Assembly (NCBI RefSeq): GCF_000400465.1
Contig: NW_008806281.1
Span: forward strand, 20,001 to 268,000
DNA: 248,000 nucleotides
Reading direction: 5' to 3'
Source of the DNA: Wallemia ichthyophaga EXF-994
Taxonomy: Eukaryota > Fungi > Basidiomycota
The stretch's first letter is position 1. Every line of letters begins with the position of its first letter. Under the pieces are notes generated by a model. That model ran no database searches, had not been told where the DNA came from, and was given only the letters and a program-made list of their open reading frames with translations. A program made the position numbers and the translations under genes. Positions 220,188 to 236,089 of the stretch are shown here, piece by piece.

Positions 220188-223100
220188 GAATGATTGTGGG
220201 TAATTTAAAGTCTAGAGCACTAACCAATCTAACGCTCAATCTCAGCTGATGTAAATCATCAAGTTTCTATCCTGAAAGCTCTACGTAGACGATCACTATC
220301 GCAAGGCCAGCGTACTGCAATTGATCCTGATCTACCACCGACCAAACAAGAAATTCAAAATGATAAAGCTTTGAATCAATATGTGAGTCGTGTTTATCTT
220401 GATATTGAGTACCTCTCTTAGCCCCTTTTCCTAGTGGGTCCCTGCTTCTGCTCACCCAGAGACTACCACCCATCCAAATGAATTCAATCATTACGTTTCC
220501 AATCACTCTCCTACACCATCAAACTCAGGCTCTCTTAGCAGGATTAGATCCTCCAGCTCTCATGGCTCTTCACTCTCCCGTAGAAAGTCAAAGCTATCAA
220601 GACAATACACTCCAACTGAGGATGACGGCGTTGGCGATAATGATTTCATATCCCCATCCTCCTCCAAGCCAAGTTCTCTTAATTTGGTTCGTTTTCATCT
220701 CCTAATGACGCGTAAACACTTACACATTCCAGCTCCAATCTCTCACAGAAGAGACTTCAAATGAAATGTCTCAATCAAATGATGAGAATTATCATGTTAA
220801 AAATGATAATTATACTTCTAAACCCAAAAAACTCAAAAATGGCTCAAGAGTTGCGGTACCGTCATATCAAATTGATTCCGAAATTTTCTCATCGGACCAT
220901 AGACCACCACCACGCCTCGACTTGTCCTTCAACCATAGCCTTCTTGATCATCCTATCAAGGATGATAGACCTCTATCCACTCTCACGAATGATATCTTTG
221001 ACGCCTATGCTATGGGTAATGAACGTGGCTCATTCAGTTCTGTCTCTTCTGCTATTTCTTCAGAGAATACTCACCCTTTCGAACACGACTTACGACTTGA
221101 CCAATCTCATTCTCACGATAGTTATACTCACGATAATCAGATTCACGACACTCAATTACACACCGAAGATGATGATGCCCAGACCATTCATGGCTCTCCA
221201 AATCAAAACAAGCAAGATACTCTCAAGATTGTCAATACCAATGTTTCACCTTCAAAGAGTTCTCTGAATACTCCAAACACTCTCAGGAACAACTCTATAT
221301 CCTCCACTGAAGACACAAACGAGTCTAATGAATCCACATCAGAAGAGATATCAGAGTCAGTTGAAACGGGTGAAAGTTACGAAACGATATCCAGTGAACA
221401 CGTTGACAATGCCTACATGGTAACAAAGTCTTTGAAAAACAGGGTTCAACCACCGACACCAATACCAAGCGAAATACCCCCACCAACTTCAAATCCAATG
221501 AAGATGTCGATGGATCTCTCAGTAGGCTCGCTTATACCGGAATTTCCCGCACAGACTAGACATACCAATATCAATAATATCAATACTAACATAAAAAAGA
221601 TTGATAGTGTGAACAGCTTTCCAAATGTTGACCAAATGCTATTCGAACCTTCGAGACCTGCTCCTGAACCTCCAACTCCAATAATCTTTTCTGATCTTCC
221701 TTCTCGGAACAACCCATCTCCTACACCTTCAACTGGCTCGTCTACCTCAAAGAAGAAGGGATGGAATTGGCTCAAAGAGAAGGAAAGAGCTAGGAATGAA
221801 CGTGCACTGAAAATGAAAGAACTCAAAGATGCCAAAGTTAGAGAAAAGCTTGAGTTAAAGGAGAAGGAGAAGCGTGAACGAGAAGAACGTCTAGCACGTG
221901 AGAAGGAGAAACGTCGTGAGATGGAAGAGAAAGAAAAGGCTAAAGCTAAATCTAAGAGTGACATGAAAGTGCGCGAGCGTGAAAAAAGAGATAAAGAGAA
222001 AAAGGAGCGTGAGTTGAAGAAGGAGAATGACTTAAAGGTCGCTCGCGAGGAAAAAGAGAAGAAGGAGCGTGAGGAGAAAGAGAAAAAAGACCGAGAAGAA
222101 AAAGAGCGGAAGGAGCGGGAACTTCAGAAGAAAGAGCGCGAAGAAAACGAAAAGAGGGAGCGTGAATCTGCCAAGAAGGAGCGTGAAGATCGTGAAAAGA
222201 ACGAGCGCGAGGAGAAAGAAGCCAAAATGAAAGAAGAGCGCGAAGCCAAGGAAGCCAAACTCAAAAGCGATCGTGAGGAAAAGGAATCTAAAGCTAGAGA
222301 GGCGCGCGAGGCTGAGGAGAGTAAACTTCAACGCGATCGTCAAGAACAAGAAGCTCGAGAAGCCGAATCTGAAGCCAAAGCCAAGGCTGAAAGAGAGGAT
222401 AGAGAAATCCAGATGAAAGCTGAGCGCGAGGAGATGGAACAACGAAAAATGAAGGAGCGCGAAGAAGAGCAAAGTAAGCTCAAAAAAGAACTGGAAGAGT
222501 TGGAGGAAAAGCTCAAGAAGGAGCAAGAAGAGAAGGAGGAAGAGGAGAGACTCATGAAGGAACGTTTAGAGCAAGAGGAGATTATAAAGAAGGAGCGTGA
222601 AGCTGAAGCCAAACTCAGACAAGAACTTGAAGAGCAAGAAAATGCTCTGAAGAGAGAGATCGAAGAGAGAGAACAGCGTGAGGAAGAACTTCACCGACAG
222701 CTTGAAGAAGAGGGGCAGCTCGAGAGAGAGCGTGAAGAAGAGCAGCTTCAAAAAGAACGTGAAGAGGCTGAACTCGAACTCCAAAGAGAGCGTGAGAAGG
222801 AGGAGCGTCTTAAAGAGCTTGCAGAAGCTGAGCTTGATAATCAGAGAGAGCTTGAAGAGAAGCAGCTTCAGAAAGAACTCGCTGATGCTGAGATCGAGCT
222901 CCAGAAAGCACGTGAGGAGGAAGAAGAAAATGCAAAAAAGGAGCGCGATGAGACCAAGAAAGTGGAGAGTGATAAACAGAAGAAAGAGTCCGAAAAGAAG
223001 CCCAAAGAGAAAAGACTTAAACCATCCTTCAAGCTTAAGAAATCTGATTCCGCAGCGTCATCTAAGTCAAGCAAAGAGGCAGCAAAGCAGGCAACCAAGG

Positions 223101-225838
223101 CCAAAGAGCAGGAGCGCGCTCGGGACAAGGAAGCGGCCAAGGAACGCAAAGAGGCAGCAAAGATTGCCGCAGCTCAGTCACGTGAAGCTGCTAAGAATAC
223201 TCAATCATCTCATATAGGATTCGTTGGCACTTTGTTCGGATCAAAGAAGAAGAGCAGCAGCAGTCTGAAGTCTAATTCTACTAAATCCTCAACAAGTGAT
223301 CAGCCAAAAGAGAAAAAGAAGAAAGACAAGGGTAAGAAGGAGAAGAAAGCCAATGATTCGGAACAAAAGCCTCAAGCACCGGCTAACATGTTTGACTATC
223401 GCTATCCTATCCAAATCGAACGTGCTATTTACAGATTGTGAGTCAGATATTAAATGTAAGGAAATGCTAACGAATAGCGCCTCAGGAGTCACCTCAAGCT
223501 CGCTAATCCACGCCGGTCACTTTACGAGCAAGTATTAATTAGCAACTTCATGTTCTGGTATTTATCAATAGTGAATCACCAGAATCAGAGGCAGGTTGAA
223601 GCTAGACACAGACAAGATGACCAGATTGAGGTGCACAGACAGGAGGAGTTTGTCGAGAATGCGGACCAAAACAGCTTTGTAAATTACGAAGCTTCGAGTG
223701 TGTTGACATCTTCACCTACACCTCAAAACTCGCCGACGCATCCATCCGTACCGGACTCACCTCCAACTCCAGCTTTGTCAGGCGAAATTCCCCTTCCTCA
223801 CGAGGAGCATGGAGAGGAATCTGAAGAGAAACATCCTTTGGCTCTCAATGAAGGTAGCGAGGAAGATTTAACGGAGGAGACACTGTCATCACTTACGAGT
223901 GATATAATACAAGAAATAGAAATTGGTGAGCCAGTTTTACCTGCTCAAGCAACCATGAAGGGACCGGAACGAGCTACAACTACTGCAAAAGCACCATCGC
224001 CATCACCTTCTCCACCTGAGATTCTACCTGAAGATGTACAAGAAGTTATCGCACCACCTGAATCGGTGTCTTCAGGTTCACCTTCACCCCCGATGGCACT
224101 TGATTCACCTATTGAGCTGGAAGAGGCGCGTATGTCACCATTAGCATCGTTTGAAGATCAGATCCAAAGACCAAGTGATCCACCAGTCGAGCGTCAAGAA
224201 GAGATGCAAAAGGAGCAGAAGCAAAAGCAAAAGCAGAGGGAGTCAGTAATAGCTGAGCCTCCTGTATCTTTACCTGTAATGACACAACCAGCGCGTCCAG
224301 AGACACCTCCTCAGCAACCACCTTCACCAGTTACAATACCAGCATCACCAGCTCAGCCACACCATGCACCAGCTCAACCATCGCGACCACCATCAACTGC
224401 ACGACAATTATTGAATATTGTGACACAGCAGCCTTCAAGATCACCATCACCGGGACCATCACCCTCATCTGTACCTGCACCCGTTTCATCACCTGTAGCC
224501 TCACCGGGACCATCACCACTTACGCAGAACAATCAACAGAGAAGCGCATCTCCAACACCAAAGAGAAACAGACTTACAAAGATGGTAAGCACAGGTAGCT
224601 TTAGAGGGGAGATTGGTATGAAGCAACCATCGTACGAAGATCCGTACAAAATGTTGGATAAGCCGAAGCAATCGCCGCATTCATTGACGTACTCTTCGCC
224701 AACGCAGTCGCAGTCACAGACAGTGATGCAACCATCTTCACCTAGACAGCAGTTTCCAGGAATGATACAGCAACCATCACCTAGACAGCAGTCTCCAGGT
224801 ATAATACATCAACCATCTTCACCTAGACAGCAATCTCCAGGTATGTTGCAGTTACCATCACCAAGGCAGCAGTCTCCAGGTATGATGCATCAACCTGCAA
224901 GACAACAGTCGCCAGTAATGATGTACCAACATCCAAGACAACAGTCGCCAGTAATGATGCACCAACCTCCACGACAACAATCACCAGTTATGATGCATCA
225001 ACCTCCAATACAACAATCATCATACATATTACAACAACCACCAAGACAACAAGGGTCACCGATAATGCGTACACCATCGCCTGCCCAAATGCAAGAATAC
225101 CAACAAGCGCAATTCGAACAACAACAAGCACCTGGAGGATCACAAATGTACGGACCATCACCATCACCACCACCAGTGCCATCACATTCACCTAGTCCAA
225201 TGCAACAAACGCAACAACAGAATCAAGGATTTGGGATGCATGGATGGGGAGTGTATCAACAGAATTCGCAGCATCATCAGCAATTAATGAAACAGCAGGC
225301 GTATATGCATCAACAGCAAGTACAACAACAGCAACAACAACAGGAGTTGCAGCAGCAAAGGTATATAAATGCGATGGCTATACAGGAAGTACGTCGTGGG
225401 TCGTGGTCGCCTGGGTCACAGATGCAACAACAACAACAGCAGTACCAACAACAACAACAGTACCAACAGCAGCATTATAGTGTGAGTGTGGAATTGGTGT
225501 GTAGTAGAAGAAAGCTAACTGAATTTGAAACAGCAGCAGCAGCCACCACCACCACAACAACCACAACATCAACATTACCAACAGCAACAACCACACCAAA
225601 ACTCACAAGACTCACAGCAACGTTCACATAAATCCAAGTACTTACCATCGCGTTCAAGTTCAGCTTCAAATGTACCAACGCAGAATAATGTTGGACGTCG
225701 ACCAAGTTTACCACATCTACAAACGTTGGGAGTAGATGAGAGAATAACGGCAAGTTCAGCACCTAGTTCACCGGCATCAACGGGGTTTGTAATTGAAGAC
225801 GCCCCGACTTTACCAGCGATGACATATGAGAATTTGTA
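220188..225838 (+). CDS. Zds1-like protein with long charged coiled-coil and P/Q-rich tail
   Basis: WVPASAHPE N-motif; RYPIQIERAIYRL.HLKLANPRR (Zds_C). Confidence 0.75.
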
Positions 225839-226829
225839 ACTTTTTATCAAGGTGTCTTAATTTCATCATGGCATGAGTTGTGCTCGTTAGACGGTCATCA
225901 GATATGTTTTGATTGATAGATTAGAGCTACTACGATGATATAGCGCGCACGAATGGCGGTCGTACAGACACAGGTGTTGATTATCGCGTTGTGAGCGAAG
226001 TGGCTGAGTAAGTCCACAGTGGGCAGTAGCCATACGAGCGGAAGGCTTACAGATACGGCCGTTGCTATCGTGGATGCCCCTTCCGAAAATACCATTCGAT
226101 GAGAATTTCGGTAAAATGATCTTCTCGTTGGCAGATCTGGCAATTGGAGTAAATGTAGATATAATTTCAGCTGAGACTGCGGGTGGCGGCAAAAGAGACC
226201 ATCTATTTCACCTCCTGTAGAAACCCAACCCGGTCGTTATTTTCTTCTCCACTAGAGGCACACCGGAGTCCCTCATGGGCGTGCTTGTCATGTCTACTCT
226301 CGATTTGCTCCTGCACGAACAGTACACGCTCAGCTTATTATAAATGGCGCTTAGCGTGCATTAACAGAATACTCTTTCAACTAGGTACCTTCGATACTCG
226401 CTCATTTTTGGTCGAAGCGGATAGCCTCTTTTTCGGTCATCAGCGTGGTCGTCTTTGCAGCTGTGAATGTGTCCATGTAAGGAAATGGTTGTAGACCGGG
226501 TGGTCATACGAGGTATCAAACTCACACTCACGCTCCCTCTAGATACGGCATGGAAGTTGTGCAATCGACATATCTACACCACCACGTGGGGAGGAAGGGC
226601 CATCGATACATCTTCACGGTCTATTTGTACCCTACCTACCTCAGCTACGACGTGCCAACCAGACACACTCACTCTTCTCCAATTCTGTACTCTCGATCGT
226701 GCCGCAACTAATCCTATCGCATAGATTGGGTTTTTGTAGAGCAAAGCGATTCTCTCACTCGCCTGCTTTTCGCAGAATATGCGTTTTACACTTTAAATAG
226801 GGTGCGTTCATCGCAGGAGCAACGCATCA

Positions 226830-227740
226830 ACGCATAATCACAAACCTCACTCCTAATAGTATTTCCTCTGGTACATCTAGCTCTTGCCTGTCGATCTGTC
226901 GTCTTTGAATCTCTTTACTAAGCAGAAATTGAGAATCACAGTATGTTGACTTGCTCCACTGGCTCATTGGCTGTCTATCGCATACGGGTTGGAGCTCGTC
227001 TGCCAGCGTCTGTTTAGACCCCTTTGGATGGCAAGTCTGCTCTTGTTTGCTAGCAACACTTATATACCTGCAACATTCATCGGAAACACACTCACACGCG
227101 CACACAAATACCAAATTCAAGCAAGCAAAATAATGTCTTACTATGCAGAATTCGATTGTTTGACAATGCTCATCTTTCAAAGATTGATGTTTACATTGAG
227201 TGTCTTGTTTTGTTGCGTTGTGTTCAATTCGATAGCTAGAAGTGTGAAGTGTGAAATACAAACTGTATAGAGGTTGTCCTGGAAAAAGCCTGATAAAGTT
227301 TAAATTGTCCATCTTGAGAGCCAACAGCATGTGCAGGAGTGTTGATATTGAAGAAGGTAATCACAACGCGTGAAGCTCCATCGGCACGTTCAGCGTTGTG
227401 GTTGCGGATTTCCCTCTGGTACCTTCTCTTGTGCTTTGTCAAATCATGATTCTGCGTAAAGTGCATCGCAGATATCGCATTTTTAAGGCTTCTCCGCTGG
227501 AAGAGTGTGATGAGGTTTTGGATGTTTGTTAGGCTTGCGAGGTTTTGGCTTTCTGAGCTGGAGTGGGGTAGGATGGTTCAACTCGACGTCTGGCTGGTGA
227601 CGGTCCAAGCCTGTACCTGTATTATAATTGACGATTGGAGATGCGTCTCCAGTTCCCGATAATTGCCTTATACCGCGTTTTAATCCCTCCTGGTCGTAAA
227701 AAATGGGCCTAAACGTGGGATTATCGCACAGCACTGATTG
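226830..227740 (-). pseudogene. decayed C2H2 zinc finger / RING-like fragments
   Basis: EKP*KCDIC then frameshift to HFTQNHDLTKHKRR. Confidence 0.45.
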
Positions 227741-228389
227741 AGATGCTTATACTCGTTGAGCTGCTTGAAATTAAAGTATTAATTATTGGAATTTTGGTGA
227801 CTTAAATTAGAGAGAGAAGCGGGTGAATATCATAGCCAAGATACTCCATCGGATAATAAGTAAATCACATCGAAATTACTCTAGAGCTTAAAATATTAGC
227901 TCTGCGTTAGCCACAATGTTGAGGAATGCTTGAACTTCTTATGTTTGTCAGTTCAGTCAGGCCACAAAAATTTCCATCCAGGCTGCTGAGGGCGCACCGA
228001 TATCCAACAAATATGCGTAATTAGGAATCCATAGGAATACATTGGTCAGCTACGAAGCTCAAAGTCCCTCAAGGCTGATGGCCAACGCTTTTTGTATTTA
228101 AGCCAGCCACAGGGTGGATCTAGATAATTAATTCATATAATATGCAATTTCATCATAGAAAGAAGCATGGAGCGCTCACAAATTGGTTCAGCAGGTATTT
228201 GAAAAGTCATTGGCTTTGCTGTACTGCACATATAAGTAGTCCTTGGCAGGTGAAAGGACAGAAGAATGGCAACAAGAGAATATTCCCGTGTTGTAGATTC
228301 GAATGCATTGTAAATTGTAACTAATATTTATGTGTTTTCACCGCGAGCAGAACCGGCACCAGAACGACCAGAACGACGACCACCATTAA

Positions 228390-228884
228390 ATGTTCGCAAC
228401 TCACGCACGTCAAGGATTAAAGAATTTAGTTCCACCAAAGATAGCAACACCAGGTGCAGTAGTGAGTTGTTAACACCGTTTACAACCTCAAACAACTCAC
228501 AAATCCAAGTCTGGCTCTGAGGGCGGTGCTAGAATGAACTCCGTTATTGAGTTTTATAGCAAATTACCAAAAGGTAACGCAGCTCCAAAGTCTAGTGGTA
228601 TCAAAGGCAAATACTTTGATGGCTCAAATTCATCACGTACTCCATTACTCGCAACGATTGGTGGATTATTCTTATTCGGATATACGCTTGATTGTGAGTT
228701 TTTATCTTTTTCTTATGATTATTTCTTACATTTGATAATCAGACAACCGTAAGTTGATTGGAATTCCTTTTGTCTTTCTCACTAACTCGTTCTTTCTCCC
228801 CAGTTCACCTCAGTGAGTTGGATTTTTATGATACACTCACACCAACTGACATACCCTAGAGCACCACAAGAACAACCACCATTA
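228390..228884 (+). CDS. ATP17: ATP synthase subunit f
   Basis: LVPPKIATP; FYSKLPKG. Confidence 0.88.
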
Positions 228885-228943
228885 GATTCTTTTAATATCT
228901 TGTGCTTGATGAATGAATCCTTATCCTTACATGTCTTTACATG

Positions 228944-230330
228944 AGGCCACATGCTTCTGATTACCTTTACTTACCTTTGCTTACCCTTGCATCCACTCCA
229001 TCATCATGTCCCAACTGTCCAGTGAATTTGAAATCGACGATGACCACCAAAGAATGTTGGACTTAGATGAAATTCAACGAAACAACGATGAATTCCTCGT
229101 GGCGTACCCATTCAACTTTATTAAATGGTCCAGATTATGGCAGTAAGTTGGTTTGGCTGCATATACCCTTTTCCTTATGTACAACACGTAGAGGCTCTTC
229201 AAGGATCATCACTACTGATTTGGAACAAGGCATTTATCCTTTCGGTAAAGGTAAAGGTAAACCTATTGAAGTCTTTATCGGTATGACGAAGAGGAATAGA
229301 TTGGAAATTCTCATCCCTTACTCAATGATTTCTGAAAGGTTCAAAGACATAAAGCAAAATGATTTTGAAAACATTCACTTCTATCACTTTGTTTCTCCTG
229401 CACACTTTCAAACTTTAGAAGACTTCCTTGGTTTTGCTAATATTCAAGATAAGAAGAGCGGTATCTTTAAGATAAATAAACGCTATAAGCGCGATAGATC
229501 TAAATATCGCGTTACTCATAACGTCGTACTTGAGAAAAAGTACTTTGAAATGTCTAGGCGTTTCTATCGGCTTATTAAATTGGCAGATGATCAACTTAGA
229601 GGTAGTGTCATTGCTATGGATTGGATAACAAATCCCAACACAAATATCATTCAAGGTCTCAGCATATTCGTACTTGATAAAACTAAATCGAATCACTATC
229701 AGGATTGGGTTACGGTCACTGATACTTATACTGAAAACAAGGACGAAGTTGAAAGACGATATTTGAAGAGATACGTACAAGCTATCCTTGACACCAAGAC
229801 TTCCGATCAAGATGAGTGTCGAATGATCATCGTTAAGAAGTCAATGCTACCCCAAGACATGGATAGGACAAAAGATGCGCTCAAGCAGTTTCTTCCTGAT
229901 AATATTTTTGAGGGTATGCAAATGGACATTAGTAGTAGGGTTCATGATGAATTGAATGTTATAAGGCGAACAGTTGAACCTTTCAATATCTACGGTATAA
230001 CGAGTCTCATACCACTTTATCACGCCCTATGCTCTGATGTCACCGGTGAAGAGCCTAGTTATAGACGCATGCTCGATGCTATTGGTATGCCCTTAGACGA
230101 TCAAGAGATGGTTGATATTTTGGAGAATAACGCTGTGCATTTGCTCAATCTTGCAGATTGCTTACTCACATCTACTTTTATAGATTATCAGAAAATGATA
230201 CAGTTCCCAGAAACCCACAAGGGTACTAGACCCGCAGAGGAGTCATCCGATGAAGACAGCGAAGATCAAGATGACGATGAGGTGAGTGTGTTTATTTATT
230301 TATAAATAAATAACTCATTGCTGACACACA
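228944..230330 (+). CDS. hypothetical, possible degenerate Gfd2/QIP-like nuclease fold
   Basis: VIAMD...LSIFVLD; GEEPSYRRMLDAIGMP. Confidence 0.4.
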
Positions 230331-230531
230331 TGCAGAAGATGGAAAATTATCTCTAGACAGAAATTCACGCTGGTTTCATGTTTACGTTATGCATTCAGTC
230401 GAGAAGGCTTTCAAAATTAAATTATGTAATTGATTTGGATAGATCAAGGTGTATAAATATCACAAATAGTCATACAAACCAGTGGAACATTAATAAGATG
230501 GCGCATAGGGTATTTACAAACAGCAGCAAAA

Positions 230532-232005
230532 TTAATCTTTAAGCTCCTTCTTCATGATAGCCTCCATAGCATCAAAGTCTGAAGTATCCACCTTGATTAT
230601 TTCCTTCTTAAGGGTTTCCTCAATAGAATTCATAACTTTCCAGGATTCCTTATCATGAATGAAATTGACAGCAAGTCCCTTCCTACCGAATCTACCAGTT
230701 CTACCAATTCTATGTAAATATGTCTCGCTATCAGGTTTTCCTGACGCAGTCTTTGGCATATCGTAATTAATCACCATGTTTACTTGACTAATATCGATAC
230801 CTCTAGCAATAACGTTTGTGGTGATGAGAACTTTAGTTTTACCATCTCTGAAAGAATCAATGGTTAGATCTCTCTCGCTAGATTCCTGTTTACCGTGGAG
230901 TGAGACAACGGTGTGTCCTTCAGCAGTCATACGATGAGCGATTTCGTCAGCTGTATCTCTACGATGAACGAAAATGATGGACTGTCCGACAGTCATGAGC
231001 TCGTATAATTCGACCAAGACTTTAAATTTATGTTCCAAGTTATCACAATCCATGTAGAATTGCTTTATTCCTTCTACAGAGAGTTCTTCTTGTTTAAGTC
231101 TGATTTCATTAGCTGCAGGTGCGAATTTAGCAGCAAAATTTCTAACGATATCGGGGAATGTAGCGGAGAAGAGAAGAATTTGAGGTTTGGAAGTGATGAG
231201 GTTTTTAGCTTTAATGGATTGGTCACCCATAGAATGTTGGTCTAACATGTTATCAGCCTCATCCAAGACAAAAACCTTGACTTCTTTTGCGTTTATTTGA
231301 CCTTTACGTACAGCGTCAACGAGGGCGCCTGGGGTTGCCACAATAACTTGAGCGTCTACTTTAGACCCTTTAGGGATAGCATCCTTTATAGCGAAAGCAG
231401 TTTTTACGTTTGTGAATTGACCCATTTGTTGAATAACCGACATTGTTTGTCTGGCGAGTTCTCTAGAAGGGGAGAGAACAACAGCTTGGGGATTTGAGGA
231501 ATCATAATTTATACGTGATAGGATAGCTAAAGCGAAGGCAGCAGTTTTCCCCGTACCTGATTGAGATTGTGCAATCATGTTGCGAGGTGGATTTTGGAGG
231601 AGGAGTGGAAGGGCTCTTTCTTGAATTTTGGATGGTTTTTGAAATTTCATGGCGTAGATACCTTTTAAGAGGTTTTCGTGGCTGTAAGTGTGTGTTTAAG
231701 GGGGAGTTGTGCTAGCTCAACAGACACACTCACAGTCCGAGCTCTTCGAAAGTGCTAGCAGAGTATAAGGGAGAATTTGGATCAGCTTGTTGATCAGCGA
231801 GAGTGACGGAGACTTCTAGTTCTTGTTTTGGTTGCTGTGGTTGCTGTGGTTGGTCTCCTTGTTCCGCCTTCTCTCCTTGATCCGCCTGCTCCGCCTTCTC
231901 GGTAGACAAACCACCAATTCTATCTGCTAGGCTTGTAACGTTATCCTGCTGCTCAGGGTTGTTATTAGATTCAGTTATCCAGCCTTGCTCGTCGTCTTGT
232001 GGCAT
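230532..232005 (-). CDS. DBP5: DEAD-box mRNA export helicase
   Basis: SQSGTGKT, DEAD, YLHRIGRTGRFG. Confidence 0.96.
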
Positions 232006-232065
232006 GATGGTTTAAGTGAAGAAGCTCCTTCTGCCCAAACGACCAAGTTCTTCTCTTTTTTTAAA

Positions 232066-233461
<1,396 letters not shown>

Positions 233462-233699
233462 GTTAATTTGATATAGATGATTTGTGTGATAAATTGCAAA
233501 ACTTCACCAAAGAAGGAGCGACCAGTTGAGAGGATTAAAGGAATGTATATCATATAGTCAATGTAGTTAGAATATCCACAAATAAGACATGTAAATAAAA
233601 ATAAGTTCAAATTTTATTAAAAATTTGATCAAGCATTTTTGAGAAGCGGAGTCCCTTCGTATTTGTGATACATCTGATACAATTGCTCTTGCTCCTCTT

Positions 233700-235330
233700 G
233701 CTCATATACTACTTGCTGTTTCTGCTGCTAACGAAACGCTTGTTGTTGATTGCTCTAGGATTTGCGATAAATGTGCCTGGATCAACGCCTCCATATCCAG
233801 TTGGTGCCTGACACAGTGCATGCTGCATACCAGCATTAGGCGCTCGTCCCTGATTCTGCCTATGACGCACGTCAATCATATACTGAGGCTGTGGTTGTGG
233901 TTTTGTCTCCATCTGAGCTTGTGGTTGAAGATGTGGCTGCGCTGCTTGTTGCTGTTGGATTGGCACTGTATTCTGCACCGCAGCACCCAACACCTGTGCT
234001 GCCTATACTGGCTACAATGCCTCAGCTCGCATCTCCGATCCAGGCACGCCTGTATTGTAAACCTTCTCATTCCACGCCTGACCCAGTCCCGCTTGCAAAG
234101 CATCCGAATTTTCTACAACCCATGATCCTGGTTCGTTGTATGTATTAGCAATAGCACACATCAAGTGGAAGTCACTCAAACACTCCCTTGCATTCTGGTA
234201 TGACTTCCTATTGATCTTGGGCTTGATTGTGTTTAGTGCCACTGGGTTCTTGATCAGCAGTGCATAGTCAGGGTACAGCTTGTCACTTTGTTAGCCTTTT
234301 CTGATTTGATCAAACACCACTTACCTTCTTCGATGGCACTTCACGGAAAATATCACTCCTTGGTCTACCATTCTCGTTCGTCAACGTCCAAACCACTTCG
234401 AAGAATGGCAAAAGGACCTTCTCCAGACGTTCCTTAGTCTCCCCATCAACACCGGCCTTCTTCTTCTTGTTCGTGGGTTCAGTCTCTTCAACATCGACAT
234501 TTGGATTACCATCAGTGAATGGTATTGCGCTTGCGCTAGCCCATTGGAAGATTTGAGACTGGTGTGGAAGTTTTAGTTGAAGATCTGCTATGTTTGCTAC
234601 CAGTGTTCAACTCGGGTGATTCGACAGGCGGAGCTATTTGCGGCTGCTGTTGCTGCTGTTGAGCCATATTGCGCTTATGTCTAGATGCTTCTTCGATAGT
234701 GGTACCATCATTTTCAAGCGCATTCTCCCATTGCTCTTCAGTCAGACCATCGTCGTACACAACACCAGCACGCGCTCTTCAACCGCCCTCCAAAGCCTCC
234801 TGATCAGCCTCAATAATAGGATTCTATTTGATCGTCGTTCTGTAGATTTCTGGTAACTCTCCGTCTGTAATCAATCTTCCAACATTATCAACAGGTAAAC
234901 CCTTCATTTGATTGGACAGCTTGTCATTCTCTGCTCTCTCCCTGTCCATTCTATTGAAGACATCTATTTCACTTTCCCCTCTAGCGAGCTGCTCGTTGAT
235001 TTCATTATCATTCATAACACCAGCTTCATCCTCTTCTTCAGCTTCTTGTTCGAGGAAAGATCTCAGGAAATCCTCACGCTCTTCAGCTGTCGATTTATTG
235101 TCAATTTACCTGCTTGGATAACCTTGCCGTCTATTTCCAACTTATACTGTGCACGTGCAAGAATCTGATTTTTGACTGAACGCTCAGTGATTAATCTCAA
235201 TATTCCAACTTCCTTCTTCTGCCCAAATCTATGAGCATGGTCTTGAGCTTGAAGATCAACGTGTGGATTCCAGTCTGAGTCGAAGATAATAACCGTGTCT
235301 GCTGATTGAAGGTTGAGACCCAAACCACTA
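233700..235330 (-). pseudogene. SNF2/STH1 C-terminal fragment (HELICc, SnAC, bromodomain)
   Basis: [19 protein letters not shown]; [11 protein letters not shown]; frameshift after GK; bromodomain NEPGSW. Confidence 0.85.
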
Positions 235331-235399
235331 GTCCTTGTAGTCGAGTGAGATCTGAGTTTATCAAAGAGAACTATATGTCATGTGGAACATAATAAATAG

Positions 235400-235970
235400 T
235401 AATTCATTTGAAGTCTTTTAGTAAGCCGATTGTGCTCATATTGATTTGGATCATCATGATCATCATCTTTCAATACTTGCTCATCCTTCTTGACATTAAT
235501 AGGCAGTGTCTCATGGAGCGGCTGCGTTATGTGCAATTGTCCGCAATTATCATCTTGACATCCTTCATAGTGACTCTAATTGCCATCGTTTGTGATCTTT
235601 CTCGCGAGGGAGTTTGCGATACTGACTCTAACAGTTCCCAAATAGCTCTAGCGCCGTATGCTGGGGAGTATCCAGACTCCGCCAAATGATCGATACTCTC
235701 ATACCTCACATTCAAACGCATCTGCTTCTCCCCTAGCATCTTATTGACTTCAATGATACGCAATTTAGCATGTCTGATAGACCTGTGGTTGAGTTTGTTG
235801 AAAAACAACGTATGATCAAGTCGATTGAGAAACTTCGGAGGCTACACTCTCTCAACTCGTTCTAATACCTCTTTGGTAGCTTCCTCGGTAACATTCTCAT
235901 CTGGACTCTCGGTTCTGAGATGCTCTCAAGAGCTGAGATTAGAAGTGGCTATAATGATTGTTGCCTAAAT
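235400..235970 (-). pseudogene. Hsp78/ClpB C-terminal fragment
   Basis: IIATSNL, FLNRLD...FFNKL, GYSPAYGAR. Confidence 0.8.
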
Positions 235971-236089
235971 TTAGGCTTGACCTTGGCTGTCTGTCAAGGT
236001 GTCATCCAGCATTTAGCTGCTTTAGCGGCGACAGTCTTGCGGCGATCGTGTTGGAGTTGAAGATTGTCAAGGCTTTTCTTAAAAGCCGC

